Assembly: GCF_000196555.1 (NCBI RefSeq)
Contig: NC_015067.1
Coordinates: 1 to 32,000, forward strand
DNA: 32,000 nt
Source of the DNA: Bifidobacterium longum subsp. longum JCM 1217
GTDB lineage: Bacteria > Actinomycetota > Actinomycetes > Actinomycetales > Bifidobacteriaceae
Reading direction: 5' to 3'
Shown here: piece after piece, positions 10,829 to 19,933 of the stretch
Numbering within the stretch: position 1 is the stretch's first letter
Layout of the letters: each line of letters begins with the position of its first letter
Notes under the pieces: generated by a model
What the model was told of the DNA's origin: nothing
Databases searched by the model: none
The model's input: only the letters and a program-made list of their open reading frames with translations
Position numbers and translations under genes: made by a program

Positions 10829-11132
10829 GTAGGCGTCGTTGCTGGGCCGAGACTTGGGACTCCGGCGACGCTGGGGGTGGCAGGCGTCGGTGTTGGGACA
10901 GGTTTTGTATCTCTGACGACGCTGTGGAGGGCTTACCGTCGTCAGCGGTACAGATCTTGGAGTTCTGCCGACGCTGAGGGTGCGTTCTGTGTCGTATGCG
11001 TCCAATTCTTGGCCCTCTGCCGACGCTGGGCACAGCAAGCGTCGTTGCTGGGCCAAGTTTTGGACTGCCGCCGACGCAGAGAATGCACACAGTGGTGTTG
11101 GTCTGCCAGCGTGTGGCAGCTTGGCGCCGCTG
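10829..11132 (+). repeat. six degenerate tandem units of about 52 bp, each able to fold as a hairpin (candidate structured ncRNA array)
   Basis: The phase marker GACGCTG (variants GACGCAG, GCCGCTG) starts at 10867, 10918, 10970, 11022, 11073 and 11126, giving periods of 51, 52, 52, 51 and 53. Outer stems GCGTCG/CGACGC are at 10833-38/10866-71, 10884-89/10917-22 and 11039-44/11072-77. Inner CCRAnnnTTGG mini-hairpins are also present. Confidence 0.8.
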
Positions 11133-11179
11133 GGGGGGAGTCATGAGTCCCATTCCAACTCCCCCTTATTGACCACTTA

Positions 11180-11217
11180 GGGGTGCATCCCAACACATGG
11201 GGTGCACCCCCTTTTTT
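11180..11217 (+). terminator. rho-independent terminator closing the repeat array
   Basis: GGGGTGCA (11180-11187) pairs with TGCACCCC (11203-11210) and is followed by CTTTTTT. It is preceded by a second hairpin, GGGGGAGT...ACTCCCCC (11134-11165). Confidence 0.75.
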
Positions 11218-11405
11218 CTTGTTGTGCTACGGGGTTCCAGTCGCATTTTTTTCGGTGATATTTTGAACGCGAAGACAGGCTGGGAAATGCCCGATAGTCG
11301 TGTTCCCCTCAGCAGGTGAAGCCCTGCTTTCAGGCTGCAAAACCGACTCGGGTGTTCCGAAAGCGGCTTTCGTTGTTGTACATCGATACATAAGAGAGAA
11401 CACCC

Positions 11406-12119
11406 ATGAAAAACACCATTATTCGTGCTGCCGGTGTGCTGTTGGCTGCAAGCATGATATTTGGCGGTGCGGCAGCCACTGCATCGGCCGCGGAAGCAAC
11501 GTCGCCGAGCACCGGCACCACCAGCAGCACGCAAGCCGCGGAATCCATCAATCGCGAATGGGTGCTGAATCCCGCGAACAACACTGAGCTGGCGGCTCTC
11601 GGCACTATACAAGGCGGATCCCAGACGTTCGACGGGCTGACCATCGATGCCACTGCAAACGGTGCCAAGTTTGCGCCGCGCGCCAATGACACCCAGATCA
11701 ACGCCGGAACCATCATCAGCATCCCGGTGCCAGCCCACACCAATACAGCCACCATCACCCTTGCGTTGTCCGGCGGCACCACCACTATTACCGCGGATGC
11801 CGGTGAAGTGAGCAGCGACAACACAGTTATCGCCTTGCCTGCTGCGGAGTCGGCTCGTACGGTAAACGTCACCTTCACTGCCCAGACCTATCTCAACGGC
11901 ATCGCCCTTGCCGAACAGCAGCCGGAACCCGAGTTCCCCGGTACGCCCACGGTCGCGGCCAAAGACACGAACTGGGACTTCACGGAAACCGGCATCGATC
12001 GACCGGCCGTGCAGGGCCTACCGACAACTACCAAGGCGTCGCCATCGACGCTCGGGCGCAAGGCGCCAAGTTCAACCCGCGTACTACCGCGGCAAGCGGC
12101 GGCAGCGATACTCAGGTGA
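11406..12119 (+). CDS. N-terminal fragment of a secreted pectinesterase (signal peptide plus first repeat domain); the frame is lost near 12015-12022
   Basis: Signal peptide MKNTIIRAAGVLLAASMIFGGAAATASA. The domain containing GLTIDATANGAKFAPRANDTQINAGTIISIPV is repeated in the next ORF's frame. The last roughly 30 codons look like out-of-frame read-through. Confidence 0.7.
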   Translation: MKNTIIRAAGVLLAASMIFGGAAATASAAEATSPSTGTTSSTQAAESINREWVLNPANNTELAALGTIQGGSQTFDGLTIDATANGAKFAPRANDTQINAGTIISIPVPAHTNTATITLALSGGTTTITADAGEVSSDNTVIALPAAESARTVNVTFTAQTYLNGIALAEQQPEPEFPGTPTVAAKDTNWDFTETGIDRPAVQGLPTTTKASPSTLGRKAPSSTRVLPRQAAAAILR

Positions 12120-13702
12120 ACGCTGGAACCATCCTGTACATTCCGGTCGCACAGGCCGAGGGCGGCGCTACAGTCACCGTGAAGGGCCAGCTGTACGGTC
12201 CTACGCTCAAGCTCGACGGTACGGACATCACCACCGGCACTGCTGTAACCATCGCAACCGACAGCACGCGCTACGTGCCGCTCTCCGTTGAAGGCACGGG
12301 CAGCCTGTACCTGACCGGCATCGCCATCGACTACGCGGCCGGCTCCCCCGCCGCCACCAGCCACACGGTCACCGTGGGCCCGAACGGCCAGTACCGGACC
12401 ATTCAAGCCGCTCTGGATGCTAACGACTCTTCCGAAACCGACCGACTAGTGCTGAAGATCACTCCGGGCGACTATCGCGAGAAGATCACCGTGACCAAGC
12501 CGGGCGTCACCTTCGCCAACGCCGACGTGACCGCCAAGCGCGCGGTGACGATTCGCGCCAGCTACTATTCGTCCAACACATTCGATGCCGACGGCAAGTT
12601 TGTGCCGCAGGATGAATTCGACCTTGGCACCAACAAGTGCGCCACCGTGACCATTGGCGCGGGTGCCACAGGTTTCTCCGCCTACGGCATCACCTTCCAG
12701 AACGATTACAACGTGGTGGATCACACGGCGGCGGGCGAGCAGACGCCGGCCGTGGCGCTGAACACCCAGGCAGACAAGGTGTACCTGAAGAACAGCCGCA
12801 TCATCGGCCGTCAGGACACTCTGTACGTGCAGGGCGCCGGCAACCGCGTGTACGTGGACGGCGGCTACATCGAAGGCACGGTTGATTTCGTGTTCGGCGA
12901 CGCCAACGCCTACTTCGCCGGCACCGAGCTGCACATGGCCGCGTTCGCCGGCAAGAACAACGGCTACTTCACCGCCGCCAACACCAAGAAGTCCGGCGTG
13001 GGCCTGGTGTTTGACCGCTGCAACTTGACCGTTGCCGCAGCATATGACGACGATGCCAAGCTTTCGCTGGGCCGCCCGTGGCAGACGTTCGCGCAGTACA
13101 CGCAGGTGCGTAAGGGCGACGGCAGCAGCTATGTGACCGGCGTGGATTTGGGTACGAAGAACTCGGCGTATACGGACACTTCCTCGGCCGTGACCTACCT
13201 CGACAGCACGATGTCCAGCAAGATCACCAAGAATCGTTGGAATGTGTGGACCAGCAAGAACCAGAGCGGCAAAAGCGTGGACGTGACCTTCCACGATGAT
13301 GTGCGATTCGCGGAATACGCCAGCCACGATGAAACCGGCGCGCTGCTTGATCCGGCTGATTATAAGAACGTCGTGCTCGGCTCGATGTCTGCTTTGGATG
13401 AGGCTCAGGTGCAGGCGAAGCGTGCTGAATTGCTCGCGGCACTGGGCTTCGGCTCGGCGGCTGGTCAGTGGGTTGTGCCGGATGGCGCGTGGCCATTCGC
13501 TTACGACCCGAACTACTCGACCGGCACTGATGTGCAGCCGACTCAGCCGGGCGGCAACGCCTCGCCTAACGCGGATTCGGCGGCCAAGGCCGACACCATG
13601 CCGGAAACCGGCTCGGCCATCATTGCGGTGGTTGTAGTCGCCGTGCCGCTGCTCGTTGCTGGCTTGGCGCTGGTAGCAGTGCGCCGCAATCGCCAGCAGT
13701 GA
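12116..13702 (+). CDS. pectinesterase (carbohydrate esterase family 8) catalytic part with an LPXTG-like cell-wall anchor; together with 11406..12119 it forms one frameshifted gene
   Basis: CE8 signatures are GRQDTLYV, GTVDFVFG and LGRPWQ. The C-terminus MPETG plus a hydrophobic helix plus RRNRQQ is a sortase-type sorting signal. This frame stays homologous upstream of 12116 (TDNYQGVAIDARAQGAKFNPR), back to about 12020. Confidence 0.85.
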   Translation: MNAGTILYIPVAQAEGGATVTVKGQLYGPTLKLDGTDITTGTAVTIATDSTRYVPLSVEGTGSLYLTGIAIDYAAGSPAATSHTVTVGPNGQYRTIQAALDANDSSETDRLVLKITPGDYREKITVTKPGVTFANADVTAKRAVTIRASYYSSNTFDADGKFVPQDEFDLGTNKCATVTIGAGATGFSAYGITFQNDYNVVDHTAAGEQTPAVALNTQADKVYLKNSRIIGRQDTLYVQGAGNRVYVDGGYIEGTVDFVFGDANAYFAGTELHMAAFAGKNNGYFTAANTKKSGVGLVFDRCNLTVAAAYDDDAKLSLGRPWQTFAQYTQVRKGDGSSYVTGVDLGTKNSAYTDTSSAVTYLDSTMSSKITKNRWNVWTSKNQSGKSVDVTFHDDVRFAEYASHDETGALLDPADYKNVVLGSMSALDEAQVQAKRAELLAALGFGSAAGQWVVPDGAWPFAYDPNYSTGTDVQPTQPGGNASPNADSAAKADTMPETGSAIIAVVVVAVPLLVAGLALVAVRRNRQQ

Positions 13703-13789
13703 TTGAAAGCGTTGCTGCGAACCGGACCTGGTGACCTTGTAGACGGGGGGCTATCTCCGTTGAAAGAGGTACATTGATGGCTTTGCAGA

Positions 13790-13908
13790 AAGCCAACTGC
13801 TTTCAAAGGGGTACCTGAACCACGAAACCTCGAGTATAAGCGTTGCAATGACGGCGTTTATACTCGGGGTTTCCCATATTCAGTACCCCTCTGAATGCAG
13901 TTAGCTTG
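13790..13908. repeat. 119-nt near-perfect long hairpin (imperfect palindrome) between convergent genes
   Basis: There are three stacked stems. AAGCCAACTGC pairs with GCAGTTAGCTT (13790-800 / 13898-908). GGGGTACCTGAA pairs with TTCAGTACCCC (13808-19 / 13880-90). CCTCGAGTATAAGCG pairs with CGTTTATACTCGGGG (13828-42 / 13855-69, two G-U pairs). Confidence 0.75.
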
Positions 13909-13999
13909 GATCGATGATCATATCCAAGAATTCACTCGTATAGTGGTGCGTAATGCTTACGTATTTGGGATAGCACTTGTTGCTCGTTGTACATATAGC

Positions 14000-14035
14000 A
14001 ATGCCCTTGCCTCCTCACGGGGAAGCAAGGGCATT
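14000..14035 (-). terminator. possible gdhA terminator hairpin (weak U-tract)
   Basis: AATGCCCTTGC (14000-14010) pairs with GCAAGGGCATT (14025-14035), an 11-bp stem downstream of the gdhA stop on the minus strand. Confidence 0.4.
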
Positions 14036-14040
14036 ACGCT

Positions 14041-14091
14041 ACTGCTTAGTACTGCTTAGTATTGCTCAGCACTGCTCAGCGATTGCTCAGC
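14041..14091. repeat. five tandem copies of a 10-11-bp unit RYTGCTYAGY
   Basis: The copies are ACTGCTTAGT, ACTGCTTAGT, ATTGCTCAGC, ACTGCTCAGC and GATTGCTCAGC. They end 9 nt from the gdhA stop codon at 14100-14102. Confidence 0.8.
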
Positions 14092-14099
14092 GGCAAGCG

Positions 14100-15470
<1,371 letters not shown>

Positions 15471-15764
15471 TTAAGACGGTTTTATTCTATGCGCGCAGGC
15501 CCTTGCTGCATAGAGTCTCGCTCGGATAACGGGAAAGCTATCGGCGTGGTTATGGGGTGGTTCAAGTTTCCGTTTGTTAGATTTTTCGGCGATTGCTGGA
15601 TGTCTGTCTGTGCGTGAATCGGGTCGAAATGGAAGCTGCATCACACCGAAGGTGCGTTCATATAGTGGACATAAAGGTGGACTTGGGTGATGTCGGATGT
15701 GCCCGTTGGGAATCGTGCGCCGTAGGGGCCGAGGTCTTCGGCGCGCAGGTTACCGGGTTCGCGG

Positions 15765-16199
15765 TCAGTGCGCGAAGTAGGTCTGCAGAATCATCGTGGT
15801 CTCGGTGCTTACCGGCACCGTGCGGTGGATGAGATTGAGCAATTCCTCAAGGGCGGTGGGGGAGGCCACGCGTACCACCAGTACGAAGCTGGGGGCGCCG
15901 GCCACCGAATAGCAGGAGACGATGCCGTCGATATTGTTCAGCTTGTCCGGAATCGAGGATTCGGCTGAGTAGTCGAGCGGGGTCACGTTGACGAACGCGC
16001 TGATGGGCAAGCCACGCTGCTCTTGGTCGATGATGGCCTTGTATCCCTTGATGATGCCGCGCTTCTCCAGCTTCTGCACGCGCGACTGGGCGGCGGAGAC
16101 GGACAGTCCGGTCGCCTGGGCCAGTTGCGCGAGCGTGGCGCGGCCGTCGGCCTCCAGCATGGTGAGGATGCGCTGGTCGGTCTCGTCAATCGCGGTCAT
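15765..16199 (-). CDS. Lrp/AsnC family transcriptional regulator
   Basis: 144 aa with an N-terminal HTH (DQRILTMLEADGRATLAQLAQATGLSVSAAQSRVQKLEKRGIIKGY) and a C-terminal RAM/AsnC_trans_reg-like domain. Confidence 0.9.
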   Translation of the reverse strand: MTAIDETDQRILTMLEADGRATLAQLAQATGLSVSAAQSRVQKLEKRGIIKGYKAIIDQEQRGLPISAFVNVTPLDYSAESSIPDKLNNIDGIVSCYSVAGAPSFVLVVRVASPTALEELLNLIHRTVPVSTETTMILQTYFAH

Positions 16200-16348
16200 G
16201 GTGTCTTCTCCGTTCGTTGTGCTCTGTGTTCACTGTACCTGTTGCCGGAATGCGATGGCTTTCCGATTTTGCCTGGTAATTTCAGTAGTTCTTCCTGTGT
16301 TTTCTGTTGTGTGGTGGAATGTTTATGCCTAAAGTCCTAATTGAATGT

Positions 16349-16388
16349 AATAATTCCTTCTGAAATAAGAGAACGACGAAATAATTCC
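16349..16388. promoter_or_regulatory. two direct AATAATTCC repeats in an AT-rich divergent promoter region (candidate Lrp operator)
   Basis: AATAATTCC occurs at 16349-16357 and 16380-16388, 31 bp apart. The second copy ends just before the aminotransferase RBS GAGGAGG (16392-16398). Confidence 0.35.
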
Positions 16389-16404
16389 ATTGAGGAGGGA
16401 TGAT

Positions 16405-17739
16405 ATGCAGAAGTTTTCCAACATGCCTCTGTCCGAAGTTGCATCTGCTGCTGTGCCTGCTGCCAGACGGGTTGCTGTGCCGACCGCCAAGCCCGCGAGC
16501 TTGTCCGCCGAAGCCCTGAATATCCCGCGCTCCGGCATCCGAGACGTATTCGACCGTGTAGAGCGCGTGCCTGACGCGATTTCACTGACCGTGGGGGAGC
16601 CCAGCGCCACGGCCGCGCCGCATATCGTGGCGGCCGCTTGCGAGGCCGCACAGGCTGGCCGCACTCGGTACACCAACGTGCTCGGCGTCCCCGAATACCG
16701 CAAGGCCGTGGCCGATTACTCCGCCCGTGTGAAGGGACTCACTTATGATCCCGAAACCGAGATTCAAGCCGTTGACGGTGCCACGATTGGCCTGTTTCTG
16801 GCGCTGAAAGCCGTGGTAGGCACCGGCGATGAAGTGATTATTCCCTCGCCGTTCTTCACTTCCTATGACGCCGAAGTGATGCTGTGCGGCGGCCGCCCGG
16901 TCACCGTGGCGCTGCGTCCGGAGCACGGCATGCGCGTGAACGCGGCGGACATCGAAGCGGCGATCACCCCGCGCACCCGCGCCGTAATCATCAACTCACC
17001 CGGCAATCCGACCGGCGCGGTAACTTCTGCCGCTGAACTGGCGCGTATTGCCGAAGTATGCAAGCAGCACAATATTTGGGCCATCTCCGACGAGGTTTAC
17101 CATCCGTTCGTGTTTGGGGAAACGTTCGGGGAAACGCTTGGGGGAGAGGCAGCCGTGGCACCATCGATTGCCGCGGTGCCGGGCATGAAAGACCGCACCA
17201 TTGTGGTGGAAAGCCTGTCGAAAACCTACGCGATGACCGGCTGGCGCATCGGCTACCTGCTGGCACCCGAAGCGGTCATCGAACAGACCGGTAAAATCGC
17301 CGAACTCATGCACTCCTCGGTGAACTCCTTGGCGCAATACGCAGGCGTGGCAGCACTGGCCGGTCCGCAGGATCATGTGGCCGCCATGCGCGAGGAATAC
17401 CGCGCCAAGCGCCAGATCGTGCTGGACGGTCTGGCCGGATGCCCGGTATTGCGCTTGATTGAACCGCAAGGTGCGTTCTACGCCTTTGTGGACGTACGCC
17501 TGACTGGCCTTGACTCCGGTGAATTCGCAGACCGTCTGCTGGACGAAGAGCACGTGGCCGTGGTCCCCGGCGAGGCCTTCGGCGAGGAGGGGCGCGGCTT
17601 CGTGCGCCTCTCCTACGCCGGAGATGCCGGCGAGCTGCGTGAGGGCGTCGCCCGTCTGCGCGCATTCGCCGAACGGGTATGGAACCCCATCACCGGCCAC
17701 CACACCGCCACCTATCACCCCATGGAGGTGCTGGCCTGA
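16405..17739 (+). CDS. pyridoxal-phosphate-dependent aminotransferase, class I/II (aspartate/aromatic-type)
   Basis: PLP-lysine motif SLSKTYAMTGWRIGY and NSPGNPTG. I chose the ATG at 16405 (GAGGAGG 6 nt upstream) over the TTG at 16390 in the ORF track. Confidence 0.9.
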   Translation: MQKFSNMPLSEVASAAVPAARRVAVPTAKPASLSAEALNIPRSGIRDVFDRVERVPDAISLTVGEPSATAAPHIVAAACEAAQAGRTRYTNVLGVPEYRKAVADYSARVKGLTYDPETEIQAVDGATIGLFLALKAVVGTGDEVIIPSPFFTSYDAEVMLCGGRPVTVALRPEHGMRVNAADIEAAITPRTRAVIINSPGNPTGAVTSAAELARIAEVCKQHNIWAISDEVYHPFVFGETFGETLGGEAAVAPSIAAVPGMKDRTIVVESLSKTYAMTGWRIGYLLAPEAVIEQTGKIAELMHSSVNSLAQYAGVAALAGPQDHVAAMREEYRAKRQIVLDGLAGCPVLRLIEPQGAFYAFVDVRLTGLDSGEFADRLLDEEHVAVVPGEAFGEEGRGFVRLSYAGDAGELREGVARLRAFAERVWNPITGHHTATYHPMEVLA

Positions 17740-17988
17740 GGCTTAAAGCGAGGCTAGGCCGCCATTCGGCCTCGTCGGCGCGAGCGATGGCCTGCTTCTT
17801 GGCTCGCAGCAAGATGTAGCCGAGTACCAGAACGTTGGCCAGAGCTCGATGTTGGCATCGCGTCAAAACAACCGCATTAAGGCTGCCGCGTTTCGTATCG
17901 TTACGCGTAGGGGCTGGCTGAGGCGTAATGCTGAAGAGTAACATTGAAGCAATGGCAATCAAGCCGATTTGAGGAAGAGAAGCACACG

Positions 17989-18585
17989 ATGGCGTACTGC
18001 GGCCACTGCGGAAATAGAGTTGATAGGCCGGCACGATTTTGCCCGGCATGTGGAGCGTCTGTAGACAGCGCACCGGTTGCGTCTGTACCAGTGCCGGCCG
18101 CATCGTCAGCCGTACCGACTGCGTCGATACCGGCACCTGCTGTGCCAGCGCCTTCAGTACCACCATCGATACCAGCCGCGCCGGTTGCCCCATCGGTTTA
18201 CGCCGCGCCCGCTGCCCCACAGCCGGCACCAACTGCTCCCTTGCCAGCTTTGCCGATTCCCGCTCCTGCCGCATATCAGGCGACTGATGCAACCGCCGTC
18301 CTGGCACCGCCGCGCAAATCCAGCAAGAAGCTGATCGCCGTTCTCTGCGCATTGCTTGCGACGATTCTGGTGGCGGCCTTGGCATTCATCGTCCCCAACT
18401 TCACCGCCGTCAAAGCGATGCTGGGCTTCCAGCCCACCAATCCGCTGGTCGTCACCTTCGACGCGATCAACTCGCTGTCCACTCTGCGCAGCACCAAATA
18501 CGAACTCAGAACCCACAGCAGCACTGACGACTCCCTTGACGCGCGGATGTCTGGCATGTATTCGCTGGGGCAAAACCACCAATGA
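17989..18585 (+). CDS. zinc-ribbon / Pro-Ala-rich / single-TM protein, N-terminal part of a frameshifted gene
   Basis: MAYCGHCGNRVDRPARFCPACG is a CxxC...CxxC zinc ribbon. About 100 aa of P/A-rich linker follow, then the TM helix LIAVLCALLATILVAALAFIV. The frame ends at 18585, just after a GGGG run at 18567-18570. Confidence 0.65.
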   Translation: MAYCGHCGNRVDRPARFCPACGASVDSAPVASVPVPAASSAVPTASIPAPAVPAPSVPPSIPAAPVAPSVYAAPAAPQPAPTAPLPALPIPAPAAYQATDATAVLAPPRKSSKKLIAVLCALLATILVAALAFIVPNFTAVKAMLGFQPTNPLVVTFDAINSLSTLRSTKYELRTHSSTDDSLDARMSGMYSLGQNHQ

Positions 18586-19447
18586 CTCCTCCGCGTCTGT
18601 GACCATCAAGACAGATGAACAGGCAACAACCCTCGCTTGGCACAAAGGCGCATTCGCCGGGAAAAACGTTTGGTATGATGACGACCCCTACTACATCTAC
18701 TACCCGGCCGACCAATATGAAGATGACTTAAGGAACGGCGTTGGTAGTGATGTGGCGGACTTGATATTGAACGTCAAGGATGCGTTGGTCAAGAACGGTG
18801 CTTGGGACATCACCGGCGCGGAGCAAACGTTCTACGATCAGCTGGACAAGATGAACGACGATGGGTACTCGAACGACATCGACCGGGCCAAGGGCACGAA
18901 AACGTCTGCCGAGGTGAAGGCCGAGGCCAGCAAATTCATCCAACAATATTTCGGCGTGGAGCTGGAAGATAAGAATGTGCGCAGCCAGCTGTTCCCGAAT
19001 ACATCGTCTGCCAAGTCTGCCGGCAATACGCAGCTGTCGTACCAAATCGATATCAAAGCGTTGTCTCAGCATTTCGTGAATTACTGGATCAGTCATGAAG
19101 CGCAGTATCCGCATCTGAAATCCTGGGTGATTCAGCAAATCGAGGATGCCGGCGTGGACGATGCTGAAGATGAGTACCGTCAGGCGCTCGATAATGTGCG
19201 CAACTGGGATTTCGGCACGGATGAAGAGCCGGAGATGCCGACTATCACCGTGGATCTGAACTACGGCAGAAAGCGTCTGATGAATTCGATTGCCATAAGC
19301 GTGTCCGGCAAGGACGAATACGGCGACTCCTATAATGGCTCGCTATCGTTGACGCTCAGTCAGCAGAACGCGGTGTCTGTGGACGACCCCGATTTGACTG
19401 ATATGGTGAGCAAAGCCAAGGACAACAACGGACTGGATTTGTCCTGA
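18569..19447 (+). CDS. C-terminal extracytoplasmic part of the same zinc-ribbon membrane protein gene (different frame); function unknown
   Basis: The frame continues as GKTTNDSSASVTIKTDEQ and runs to 19447. This is the only long coding-like frame here. The upstream part of ORF 18356..19447 overlaps the other frame and is probably not translated. Confidence 0.6.
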   Translation, partial: GKTTNDSSASVTIKTDEQATTLAWHKGAFAGKNVWYDDDPYYIYYPADQYEDDLRNGVGSDVADLILNVKDALVKNGAWDITGAEQTFYDQLDKMNDDGYSNDIDRAKGTKTSAEVKAEASKFIQQYFGVELEDKNVRSQLFPNTSSAKSAGNTQLSYQIDIKALSQHFVNYWISHEAQYPHLKSWVIQQIEDAGVDDAEDEYRQALDNVRNWDFGTDEEPEMPTITVDLNYGRKRLMNSIAISVSGKDEYGDSYNGSLSLTLSQQNAVSVDDPDLTDMVSKAKDNNGLDLS

Positions 19448-19606
19448 ATATGGTGCGTGGGATGTTGCGGCGGCGCTAATTTCCTCGGTGGGCTATCACG
19501 CACTCTTCCCGCTTGCAGCGGTCTGCTCGCTGATTGGCGCGGTGCTGATCGTCTTCATCAAGTCAGTGAAGTAAACATACTTATTCATCCCTCTTCCTTC
19601 CATAAC

Positions 19607-19668
19607 AAACGAGCGGAGGGGTTGGGCCATTGTTTTGCGGTGTGTCCAGTCTCTCCGCTCGTTTATTT
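19607..19668 (+). terminator. large-loop hairpin with a T-rich tail downstream of the zinc-ribbon gene
   Basis: AAACGAGCGGAG (19607-19618) pairs with CTCCGCTCGTTT (19653-19664) and is followed by ATTT. The loop is 34 nt. Confidence 0.45.
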
Positions 19669-19933
19669 GCTTGATTCTGTGGAATGGAAGGGGCATGCTC
19701 TATGTCAAATAAGATAATGCGGAAGGGCTGTTCTGCGTGCATATATCTTGCTGAACGTATTTGAGGGTACTTTCTGGTTAAAGACACGCCCTATGGTGGG
19801 CAGAATGCTGCCGTTGTGTCTGGCGTCGGTCGCAGGACATGTCGTATCATGAGGGCCCAAGCTTAATTCAGCCGTCCTCAATCTGATTAGTCGTCGGGTC
19901 GGGTTGGCGTGATCGGCTTGCAGGGAATCATCC

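Noticed and set aside
10829-11132. Possible CRISPR array.
   Set aside because: There is no alternation of conserved repeats with unique spacers. The whole 52-bp unit is degenerate and self-complementary, and there are no cas genes or leader in the window.
10785-11153. ORFs running through the tandem repeat region: 10820..11146 (+), 10785..11153 (-), 10814..11056 (-).
   Set aside because: The repeat period varies (51, 52, 52, 51, 53 bp) and so does not preserve a frame. The translations have no protein-like repeat or motif, and the hairpin structure plus terminator fits RNA better.
16390-16404. Upstream non-ATG starts proposed by the ORF track: TTG 16390 for the aminotransferase, TTG 17944 for the zinc-ribbon gene, TTG 31404 for the CNNM gene, TTG 26314 for the DUF45 gene, and TTG 25140 for the IS30 N-terminal fragment.
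   Set aside because: In each case a downstream ATG or GTG has a better-placed Shine-Dalgarno sequence or begins the conserved part of the protein. The extensions add non-conserved residues or lie inside an IS terminal repeat.
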